Assembly (NCBI GenBank): GCA_001938485.1
Contig: MQRK01235606.1
Span: 72,273 to 124,687, forward strand
From: Girardia tigrina
Taxonomy: Eukaryota
Length of the DNA: 52,415 nt
Reading direction: 5' to 3'
In this document: positions 23,601 through 36,379 of the stretch, piece by piece
Layout of the letters: each line of letters starts with the position of its first letter
Numbering within the stretch: the first letter of the stretch is position 1
Notes under the pieces: generated by a model
The model's database searches: none
Told to the model about the DNA's origin: nothing
What the model saw: only the letters and a program-made list of their open reading frames with translations
Translations under genes and position numbers: made by a program

Positions 23601-26600
23601 CTAAATAACAAGCCTTTTACCATACTTCTATTATACTTAGGTTCACAGAAGCGTTTAGTAGTAGTATATAGCCCTGCGTCTGTTTTCTTTCTATTTAAAT
23701 TTCTTTCTATTTGAATCTTTCTATTTCTTTGGATTTTTAGCTTGTTATTTGAAAAATATAATTAACTGTTGATTAAAAAGAATATGTGAAATATGTTATT
23801 GTATATAGGTGTCGTCATGTCATTCCAAACCATCAATGATTTAATAATAATTAATAATAATAATTTTATAATCTCGCACAATTGTCTTTCCGCAATTGTC
23901 TGGTCTGGTTTATTCTATACCCCAATCAACTTATAAGAGTAGTGGCTCCTTTTCTTTAGAGTGATTGAGTTTGCTCTATTGAACACCACTACTCAATTGT
24001 TTGTATCGCCAGGGCTTCAGTTAACTCTGCGCCTGCGCTGGCCTTGCTCTTATGGCCCATCTCGCAAGTATTTGTGTCGCCAGGACCTCCATGTTCTGGA
24101 TTGCAACGTAAGAGTGCTTGACCTTACTTCTGGGGATCAGTTCATTGAGTATTTGTGTCACCGGGACTTCAGTTTCTGTACCTTGGAAAATGAATCTAAT
24201 TGGTTCTAGCCTCAGCTCTTCGATATCCGAGTTATCAGCTGCTCAGCCGACCTCCGAGCCGGCCTTTCCGAGCCATAGCTGCTCTGAACTACGGTGTCAA
24301 CAATCGAGGACTTGCTTTCGCGGAACCCCCAGTGATCACCGAAGTGGCGCCGATGATTCTGAGGAAAAACGAGCTAACCCTAATCAGACTTAAGTCCTGC
24401 TGTGCAGGCAAAAAATAACTCTTGTTTTGTAATAAATTTTTGTACACATATTTAACTTGTCGAAGATCCAGAAGGAATCCTTGAAATTTCTCGAAGAGAA
24501 AAGTAACCAGCCGAGCGAATCTGTTCGAATGGTAAAAAAAATAAATATTTAGTTTAATAAAAGTATATATTGGAAGCGCAACACTTGTCTGTGTCTCAAG
24601 GTCGCTATCAGAAATGGTAATTGACTCATTGAAACCTATCAGCCATTTGTCACAGTTTTTCATTTTTCCTACAACCAGGAAAATCAGTTGACTTCGATCA
24701 AGGAGATCCATGAAGATGTAGTAGTAGTACCTTGTCAAACTTCCAGACAGTGTTGCAAAAAAGTTTATGAAAGAGATCTAAAGCACAAAAAAGAGCAAGA
24801 TTACAAGATCAACTAAAAATAAGATGTGTCAATCCGAAGAGCGTCAAACGTCCATGAGGATCAGCCAAATGGCAAAAGAATATGTATAGAGGCACAGCAC
24901 TGTACCTGTAGGAGTCTTCTTCAACCCAGAATTTTGTGGTGCCAGCACATTGCTTGATATGGCATCCATAAGCCACACTTGAAGGACATTTGCGACTTCT
25001 GGCCACCCGAATCTCAGATGCAAAAATAGTTTGTTGTGATGACATGAATATATTAACAAAATTGATCGATTTTTGAGAAGTTTTAAGTGAATTCCAGATA
25101 ATATATGTGTATATTTTTTAAAAATATTTATAATTGTTATAATTTGTTTGTAATTTATTTCACCCGTCTCGAACACTTCTTTGATATTTTACAATAATAT
25201 TTTATAATTTTTTTTAATAAAATAAATAAATAATCTCTAGATCAAAAAAAATAATAATAAAGAACAAACAAAAGATAAATAGAAAATATTATTATTTTGT
25301 CTTAAAAATTATGAAATTTTGTTTTTTCATAAAATAAAAATATATAATTTGATAATATAAATAAATATTAATATATTCGATAATTAACACAAAACACCGA
25401 CGATCATTCAAAGTTGTAATTAAAATTTCATTAAATTATGAATAATTGAGCGATTTAATGTCGGAATTTGATAGAAAAATCACTTTTGTAACTCACACCA
25501 AATGATCATTAAATGTAAATTTATTATAACTTTCTCAGATTCGTTATTTGATTTTATTTATATTTTTATTCTATATCGCAGCATCGGTAACTTGTCTGCT
25601 ATCAATTGCTTGGTAGTAGCACTATATCTAGTAAGTATTATCACATTGATAATACTATTATCACCACCATCAGCATCATCATTGATACCGGCCATGTAAG
25701 TCACATCACAATTCTAGTGCTAATTTCGTTCTGTCGGCAGAGAATATGATTTTATTTTATTAATAATAAATAAAATTGGTGATTATTGTTGGTGGATGAA
25801 GACTGGCACAAAAATACAGACTCGTCTGTACCGATTACATCAAAACGACAATGTCTGGTTGACTTGATTGACATGGAATGGTGCATGGACGAGGAAATGG
25901 TTTAAGGAAGGTTGCTGACAATTTCATACATATCTCTATATATGTGGCTAACGAGCAAAGTACACACTGGTTCTCACACTATTATTAAATCCCATCGTTC
26001 CGCATCGGCAACATCAAAGCATTATAACGCATAATATTGCATGTGCATTGAGATCAAAGAAGCCGTAGCATGCGCGAAATCATCCCCCAGAAATACATTA
26101 AAGGAAAATAATGACCAATTAACCATAGAGTTACATGTCGGCCACCTTAGACTACTCCGGTTTTATCAATTCCCATTTTGCACAATAATAATTACCAGAT
26201 TCCCTAAACATCCATTGAGTATCACAACTAATATAAACATCATCACAAATAGGCTGGTCTTATCCGCTAATTTTATGGTAAGACATTAATAGGTGATAAT
26301 CGTAAAATGAGTGTTGGAAATCCATTAAAATAGATAATATAATCGGGTTTCTGTGCAAACTGAAAAAAATGTTTCTTAAATAAAATTCGTTTTTTTTCTC
26401 TATTTTCGATAAAAGAACCCGGGAACTTATCGCAGAAACTTCGGCAATTAAATCCATTTATTTTCCCACAAAGATTTTATTTTTATTTTTTCGGAAGAAA
26501 AAGAGAGAAAAAACGATTGAAATTTATGAAAATCTCTCAAAACCGTTTAAGATTTTCGAGGGATATTTCGTATTTTCGTCTCGTTTTTGAATAAGGATAA

Positions 26601-28663
26601 TTGGGAAAATGATTTTACTTGTTAGGAATTATTTTTTATTTATCTTTGACTTTTGGAAACTTTTCAGATACTTAAGTTTTGTTTTTACAATTTTATAATA
26701 TTTAAAATTGTGAATAACTTATATATAAACGTTCTTAAAGAACCACAATTTATGACAATTAAAAGATTTTGTAAAAAACGTTAACTTACATCTTATAAAA
26801 GATGATGAAGTTCTTACTTCTCCATTATCAAATCTTAATAAACGCGGTCATATTTGTGATAATTTGGTAAAAAGTTGGTATCCAGTTTGTTTCTCAACCA
26901 GCCAAATTATTTGGACTTACAATAGTACATTCAAATGGTATACATTTAAGACCCGATTTATCGTTTATTAAAACACCTTAGTATAAGATAGAGAAATATC
27001 TAGACGTAAAATTAAAACCTTTGTTCACATCTGAATTTATGTGTCGTGTAAATGTAATTGGTGCGATGCCACACACATTGGAGAGACCCGTAATTTCTGT
27101 AAATTCTAGAACATGGTCGAAAAGAGAGTAAGAGTAATATTGCAGAACATAGGAAAAAATGTAAATGTAATATTAATATTGATAATTTCAGGATTCTGTA
27201 TAAGCATTTTGAAAGTTACTGATAGAGAGTTTAATGAAAAACATTGTTAATAAGGTCACGTTGCCCTAAAATCAATGTTCAATCGGCAGTCTCAACCAGC
27301 TTATTGAGAATTTTTGATTAGCGTGATTTCATGCAATCGATTACATAATCATCATTTTTGTTTTTATAGCATTTTTACAATGAAATTGAACTTTTGTGGA
27401 TGCATATAAAAAATCAAAATTAAAAAATAAAATGTATTTATCTATCATATTTATTGTTTAAATACTATAATATAATTTTATAATTTAAATTTTTACTACT
27501 TTAAGAATGTTAAATAATAATTCGTTCATAATAACAAAAAGTAAAAAAAGCATGTCTCTGATGAAATGCGAAGACTTGTAATTGAACAGTTTATTAATTG
27601 TGATGAGAGCATGGTTAACGTAGCAAACGAATTGCAAATAAAAAAACGACGGTGGCAATGATAGAAATCTAAAGTAAGGGTAAGCCAGTCAAGAAGATCA
27701 CAATGGAAATTGGTGGTTTTATCGAGAAGTGAATTTAGGTAAACCCTACGATAACTTTAAAAGATATTAAGAACAAGTGTGGGTCCGAACGGAGTACTGT
27801 ATTATCAGAATCATCAATACATAATAACCTTGTTAATTTGAAAATAACTTTTAAAAGGACGAGCATTATATTAGATTGTGTTAACGACACAGAAAAATAT
27901 CAGCTAAGAAAGTCATATGCAAATGATTTCCTCGCAAATGCATCAATGGATGATACCAAAAATGTATTTATTGGCGAAACAGGATTTAATTTGCACATTG
28001 ATAAAAAATTATGGAAGATCTCCAGCTGGAAGAAGAATATCCTTGAATATCCCAACAGTTAGAGGAAGACACATAACACTTTTGGTTGCAATTAAGAAGG
28101 ATGGTATTAAATTTTTATACTTGATAAAATATTTGCTGGCGGTTGTAATGGAGAACTTTTTAAAGAATTTTTAAGAGAATTAAATGAAGTTATGTATAAT
28201 ATATACCGAATAACGGATGTACGAGCACATACATCGGCTGAGTCTAGATCAACTATTAGTGAACTCAAAACCAACTGCAAATTCCAATCACCGTACTCAT
28301 ATATGCTCAATCCAATCGAATTTGATAGTTGACAAGTGGCAGTCAAATTTACCTGACACTATTCGATCAGCTATATTTCAGGTACCACAATCTGATTGCG
28401 AAGGATGGTCGCACATATTAGAAGAAACTGTTTCTTAACTACAGAGGAGCATTATTTTAATTAGATCTTTAAATTAAACGTTTTTTTAATAAATTTTGTA
28501 TGTTTTGCATAATTTATTTTTTATTTTATTATTTTTTATATCATGAATAAAAGCTCAATTCCATTTGCAAAAGTTCAATTTCATTGTAAAATGGCGAATT
28601 AATTATTAATGAGTGATCTGCAGATGGCGGTTGATCCGTCGTAATTTATTTTTAAATCGATGA

Positions 28664-28714
<51 letters not shown>

Positions 28715-31700
28715 CTTCTCTCATATTTCCTTCTTTAACATTTTCTTTTTACAATATTTTTCTTTTGAAAATTCCAAAAAAATTGACAGTAAAGAATATT
28801 ATAGCACTGTAATTTTCCTTAATTTTTATTTAAATCAATTATCTTTTATTGTTTTTTTAATAGTTGTAAAAATACACTTATTTTATACGACAAACATCTG
28901 TTCAAAAGTTAAATGAACAGAGATATTATTTTTATTTTCCCCTTGGAATTCAACGTTCTCCTCAATGACGAGTCCTCGTCCTGAAATTTATAAAAAAAGC
29001 ATTTTTGATTCTTGAAACCCGTTTTAAAATCATTCTAATCACATACTTTTCCTTCGATCAGGTAGAAATAAAATTTATAAGTTACAATCCGTGAACACTG
29101 ATTTTGGTCTAGTTAGTCACGAAATTTGCACAGCAAGACTCTGGGGTCCGAAGCAAACCGTCGTATTTTACGTCAGTGCAATGTATATGAGTATTGCGAA
29201 TTAAATAAATCTTAACCTAAGATTAAAATAAAGCTTTTTGAAATGAACATGAAGTGGCGCCACAAAGAGAGCTCTAGATCAGGTGGCGGTTTTCTCAAGT
29301 AGTTTCATTAAATATTGTGCCCTCGCACAACCCTCAACAGACAGAAAGCCGTGAGACGGAGATTAATAAATAAACTTTAAAAATTGATTTTAATTCATTG
29401 AAAATATCTTTTTTTAAGAAAACTTACTCTGTTTTTTGTATCTTTCAACATTTTATATAGCAAAGTTATGAAAAATATAAACCGACAATAAGAAAGACCA
29501 AGTTTCAAGTGGTAGCTTTTTAACCATCACCTTAGATATACCTATACAAATATAGTATTAGAATACCCGGAATTAAGTAGAAAAGAACATGACACATGAA
29601 TATTTTTTTAACCAACATCGTTGGATATATTTAGGTATTTCTTTCAATATAAGAGTGACCCTTCTGTACAGTGTTCACAATTTTTCCAGCATTTTACCAC
29701 CTCCAAGAAGACATTTTCGCAGAAAACGGCGGTTTGATTCTGCAAGATTTGTTGCATCATCTTTTTTTAATTTTGCTTTTGAGGTGAAGTGTCTACCTCA
29801 CCGTTTTTTCGAGAGTTGGAGGAACAAATATAATCAGAGAGGATGTGGGAGGCTATGGAAACCCACCTTCCCTATTTCGCTAGTAGAGAATGCACTTGTG
29901 TATATTGTGGCATTATCCTGGAGAAAAAAAGACATATATTTGCGCGATTTTCATGGCTTTCTGAGGTTGATCAAAATATTAACAGGAGTTAATTTTCCCG
30001 CCATTGTCAGCAAAATATATTGAAACCATGCCATGGAAATACCAAAAAATCGTTTGCATGAAAGATTTCTGGTGGGAAGTTAATACTTTCTAGCTTCTTT
30101 GTGATTGTCTCATTTTGGAATTTCCACTCCTTAGACTCCTGTTTAGTATTCAGTCGATAGAGAGAGCGGAGCTTCGTCAACTGTCATGATTTTTTGCAAA
30201 AAAATATCTCCAAAAAATTGAAAGTATTCTCCAATTTTTCTGTAATGTTTTTGTCGATTTAAAAAGATCTTCCAGCTACTTTTCTCATCAAAAACATTGT
30301 CTATCATACCTATGTTGTACAATGCGGTTATAAATAGTAGTTTTCATCATGGTATACACTCCTTAACTCTTCAATAATTTCCTTCGACCAGAACGTTTTC
30401 AAAACAAGAAAAACTATACAACATTATGATACAACGACATTCCACGGTAGAATATATTATTATGACGAAAAATTGAATGACCGCAAAAACTAGACCACAT
30501 GCAGATGCTACAGTGAAATAAATTGTATTTCAGTTACCTATAATACTCAAGGAATAAATCACAAACAAATCAATTAAATTGATATATTATTAGACCTTCA
30601 TTCCGGGTATTTAATGGTCGCATTACATATTATTAGTATCGTTTTATGCACTATGAAAACATTCCGACAAATGGATTTAAAAGAAGAATGCGTGAAGATG
30701 CTTTTCACAATTTTCAAAATGAAACCTTTATGAAAGTATTAAAAAACATATAATGTAGAAATTATTTGATTTATTACTCTCCGTTGTTACTTAAAATGAT
30801 TAGTTATGCAACATTGAAAAGCACTTATTAAATATCTAAGCTCATATTTTTTTAAAATAGGACACAATAATAGACAAATTTCAACTAAAAATATATAAAT
30901 TTTGTTTCGATAAATAAATATTATTAATAAATTTATATTTGTATAGAGATAAAAGACGCGTTTGAGCGGGGTCGAGTGAGACAAATGAAGATTATTCCTG
31001 ACAAATGAAAAGAAGAATATAATAGATTATTAAGGATAGAAAAATCAAAGAACGGGGTTTAATTCTTGGAAGATTAGGAAGTTTGTAAAGAACGATTGTT
31101 TACGAAGTTTCCTCTTTCTCTGAATCTCATATATGTGTTAATAATATGAATCCTCTAGTGGTAATAGATGAATCTATATATAGATGGTATATAGTAGATG
31201 AATCTCTGTATCAGTGTCGGGCAACCTTTTTCTAGTTGCGACGCACTAAGCTTAAAACTTTTTTTCGGAGCGCACCTGTGGGACTCACTTTAAATTTACT
31301 TGTAGATTATTACAATACATAAATAAATACTATTAAAAATTTAAACATGTAACACATTTATTATTTTTAAATATTAAATTTACATAATTAATGCGAACAT
31401 TACGATTGTTTTTGAGAACAAGTTCAATAACTTTAACGATTTTAAATATTATACAAAAATGTTCGTGGCCAACCTCAGAATTTATCGAGGTGCACCGGTT
31501 GCCCGACACTGATATACATGAATCATATAAATAATTAAGGGGGCACGATAATTAAGTCTCAGACAATTAAGTCTCCGTGTTATTTTTCTTAAACTTGTGA
31601 ATACAAATGAAAATTTGTAAAATAAATCTCAAAAATAAAGAAAAATATTAAAATTCTCATAAATTTCAAAAGTATTTAAAAATTCCAGGAATGTTAATGT

Positions 31701-34700
31701 TCATTACACAATCTCAATCAAAAACTTCTTTTGCTTTCTTATAAGTTTTTTTATGAAAATTGGAATATACGAATCCTCTTTTTGTTCCGACAATCTAAGG
31801 ATCCCAAAAATAACATTTCAAACATTTTATACTTCTTTCCAATCACATTTTTTGTGGTATTGAAGGTTGTAAACGACAAAAGAAAGATAAAAAATATTTT
31901 ATGATAATTACGTTTTTTGATAAAAAGTGACGAAACAAGCAAAAGTTTCAGAATAAAATCGACTTATTTGATAAATATTGGCATTTATAATAGTAAATTA
32001 TCTGCATGATTAGTTTCAGGTGAATTTCTATTTAATCTCAGGGTTGGGTGCCCCCATTGTCTCGACATATAATGACAGATGGGGTAGCTGACATGGTCGC
32101 ATGATTGAGCAATTTTATCTGGTGTGAATTGATATTATTATTACGGTATGAAAACTTTGGGAATATATCGTTTATTTTGTAATAAATACTGACTTTTGCG
32201 TCCCAATTCATGTAAAACATTTTTGGTAACAATTGATTGGAATTTATTGAATACAGAGCTTGATGTTTGGAAACATATTTCCCTTTTGACTTTGTTTAAT
32301 TTTCTGGTAAAAAACTTTTTTTGTGGTACTGTTATCCTTTGGCGGTGAATTAAGCTTTTTGTTATATTATTATAAATATATTATATGATAATAATTATCA
32401 TTTATTAAAAGATAAAAATTGACTAAGTGATAATGTTTTTTCATAATATTCAATGATTTACAAATGAAAATTTATGTTGCATTATGTGTTATTTTATTAT
32501 TTTATTATATTAGATTGCCAAGTATGAGATTTGTGGGCAAGATTACAAATAGTTTTAATTTGACAATGACTTAACATTTTGTTGCACAGTTCTTTTTATT
32601 TAATAGCTACAAATCTCGGCTATTGAACACATAAATAAAAAATAATTTAAATTATAAATGACTTGTTTTAATAATCAGTATTTTAACAAATGGAAAAGGT
32701 TGAAACCATGTAAAACATCATTAGTGTATTCTGATGCAATGCTATTGTGCAGCAGGTAATTTCAAATTCTTTCAATAAATTCGTGTAATTCTAACCTCAA
32801 TAATGAGTCCGGGGCCACCCAGGAATGCAAGTAGATAATTTCGAACTAAATGTAACAGTTGAGTCGAATCCATCACAAAGTGCTCATGATTTATCTCTAA
32901 CGTTTGCTGTTACAAAGCAAACAATATTGAGTCACTTGGCTGAAATTGGTAAAATGAAAATGTTAGATAAGTGGACTCCACTTGAGTTGGATGAAATGCA
33001 ATGCTAGCTTGACTATGCTTTCTCGTTTTATGTGGGTTGATCGAATAGTCATTTTTTATGAAAATTTGATTCAATATGATAATCGCAAACTTTCAGCAAG
33101 CTTAATGGTCACGAATAAATCAGCAAACGCAGTCCAAAGTAAAACGTTCATCAAAGGAAGTTAATGGTGAGTGTTTGATGGTCTGGCGGAGGTGTAATAC
33201 ATTATGACGTCCTAAAACCTGATTCGTCGAAGACAGCAGACGTCTACTGCAACCAATCAGAAGATATAATGTGGAATCTCCAAGAAAAACAACCACATTT
33301 TATAAACATATCAATTACCATCTTGCACCACGATAATGTAAAACCACATACTGCACTTAAACCGTGACAAAAATACAGGAACGTGAGTTTGAACTTCTGC
33401 ATCATCCTCAAAAACCACCAGACCTAGCCCCAAAGAACTACCATTTCTTCCTCAATTCGAACAATGTTATGAGAGGAAAAAAATTCAATTCCGAAGATGC
33501 AGTAAATTTATAGATTCTTCCTCACGAAATATTTATTCAAATGGCCCCAACAAACTGCAGCTCAAATGGCAAAAGTGTGTCGATAATATGGGTATATAAT
33601 TTGATGAATGACATAATTATTTGCATTGGTAAATTATCAATACTTTGAATTTAGTTCTACAAATTTCATCTTTGACGACTTAATTACATAAACTTTGTTA
33701 GAAAACTAACTGAAAATTAGGGTTATATTTTCAGGGATGAATTTCTTGTGAAGTAAATGTGAAGGAAGAAGAGTGAAGGACTGATACACATGCCTCTCTT
33801 TTAGATGTCAGTTATCATAACATCCTGGGATGCTTACATATGTTTGTCTTGCCTAATTATTCTTCAGAATCTTTTAACATCTGTTTCTCTTGTTAGTCCT
33901 CTTTTCATGTCAGTCTTGAGTGCTCTATCATGGTTCGTTTATTCTTTTTTTGTATGACATCTTTGTATTTAAAAATGTAAAATACTAAACAAAAAATATT
34001 AAAGGAAATGAAAAGATTTCATATTTTTTTTGAAACCGCCTTTAATTGTTAGAAGTAATTTCGTTTTTTGATAATTGTACAAACCTTTATTTTATTGAAC
34101 ATTTAATTTCAAATTTTAAAAAAATCGTATTTGTTATATCTCTAGTACACGTTCAGTTCTTTTCTTGTAAATTATGGATATTTTCGATGTAAAATATCCT
34201 TCAACACCAATCTTATCAGCTAAGGGATATGAAGATTGAAACATAACTTCTAAGCTCAATTTCGATATTAAACTTTGGTGATTGTGGTGTATGAGACCTT
34301 ATATTATCACACTGGAAAATGTCATACTTTCGATTAAACGGGCACAATAATATTCTGCCATTATAATTTAATTGCAAATCGAAACTTCAAAATGAATAAT
34401 TACGGATTTTAATCATTCACAAAATGGAATTATTTTACCTACCCTGACACTTTATGATACCCATCACATTAGTAATTAATGACATGATCACTCTAGCGGT
34501 TGTGGTAACTTTATTAACCGCTAGAAAACACGAATACTATTAAATACTTAAAATACTCCTTATCTACAGTTTGGGCTTCGATTTTTAACTGTTTAATATA
34601 TATATGGGATAAAAAGAAGACGACACATTTCGAAATAACAATCCCATCAGCAGGTCAATTTACACCATGCAACTAACACATTTCAGGACTGCATAATAAT

Positions 34701-36329
34701 TAAGAAACATTTAACCAATAAATTGTTGGATAAATATGAATTTATTTAAAATGAAGAATAAAAATAAATAACGAATAAATTAAAAACAAAATGTATTTTG
34801 TCGTTATGTGATTGTCTTGCACTGACCGAATGTGTTACAATACTGTGTGTCACCAGTCTCAAACCTGATAGAGTTGAGAGAATACCCTGTTCTCTCAGTT
34901 TGCATTTTGTCCAGACATTCGATTTTGATTTCAGCTTTGATGTGAAAGCTTAAATTGAGTGTGAGAAGTTTCATCTCAAAGATTAGCTTTTGGTTGGGTG
35001 TCAGTTTTCATCTTTATCATATTTCTCTGTTACATGTTAATGTACGGAACGATAGAGAAAACATATCGTTTTCTCAAATGGTAATCGATATCTGCCAATG
35101 GTCGGTGGATGAGAATGGAATTGATCGCGTTTAGTGCATTTTGCTCAATTTTTAAGAAAAGTGAACTAAATTCATTTCATTCCAATAATTTATTGGAAAA
35201 ATATTTTTTTAATAATTGTATATACAGTAGGCGACACATTATTATAACCACCTGATATTTTCATGTTTTTTTAGGTTTTCTCATTATTTATAAGGTTATT
35301 AGCAAATGCAGTCATAGTTTTGATACTTTCTGTGTTTGTTTTATCACCCCATCAGAAAATGGGACAACTTTTAAACTTTATACTGAAAAATTACCACAAT
35401 TATATTAGAAAATGATCAAAATATAAGAAAATCAAAAAGGTAAGAAATACATGTTTTATTCCAGAATGCAAAATTTAAGTATGTACATACCTGATTACAA
35501 ATGTTTTATTGTTCATAGAATAAGTAAAGTGAGTTCAATAAATGATAAATTAAACAATTTAATATTTTGTTTGTCCTCCTTTAGCGTTTAGTACTACCTG
35601 GAGACGTCTAGGCATGCTATCAATAGAGTTTTGAAGCTTCTTCTGAAATTCATCATCACGAAACCAATTGCGGAGGACACTCGAAATAAGCTGATCCTTT
35701 GTTGCATGAGTAATTTGGCTGAGTTTATCCTTCATAATACCTCTTATATTTTTATGGGGTTTAAGTCCCGAGAAATCCCAGGCCGAGTAAGGACAAAAAT
35801 TGAGTCACCACCCTAGCCTAATGGCATGGAGCTGAATCATGCATGAAAACACAGTTTTCAGTTGAACCAAACCATTCCAGCAGTTGAGGCAGCATCCGTT
35901 CGCGCAAACAATTCATGTATTGATTTTTTTCCATCATACCATCTACAATATGCAAACGTCCATGACCTTTTGAACTGATAACAACCCCAAAACATGACTT
36001 TGGTTTGATGTTTGACGGCTTCACGCACCACTGGTTGACTTGAAGGTGTCTGCCAGACACGTCTCCTTGTTGCTGATTGGCATTCAAAAATCGTTTCATC
36101 AAAACATGAGAAAATACGGAGGTTACAATAAAAAAGCATGAAAATATCAGGTGGTTGAAATAATGTGTCCCCTACAGTATATATATATATATATATATAT
36201 NNNNNNNNNNNNNNNNNNNNNNNNNNNNNNNNNNNNNNNNNNNNNNNNNNNNNNNNNNNNNNNNNNNNNNNNNNNNNNNNNNNNNNNNNNNNNNNNNNNN
36301 NNNNNNNNNNNNNNNNNNNNNNNNNNNNN

Positions 36330-36379
<50 letters not shown>

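Noticed and set aside
23996-24173. CRISPR array interpretation of the three spaced repeats
   Set aside because: Only three degenerate repeats with unequal spacers, no cas genes, and a eukaryotic intronic context.
24750-25040. Possible maT-like transposase remnant (DFWPPES motif)
   Set aside because: Too decayed to delimit or classify.
29200-29300. AATAAA followed by TGGCGCC as an LTR end and primer-binding site
   Set aside because: The match is too short and there is no second LTR or gag sequence.
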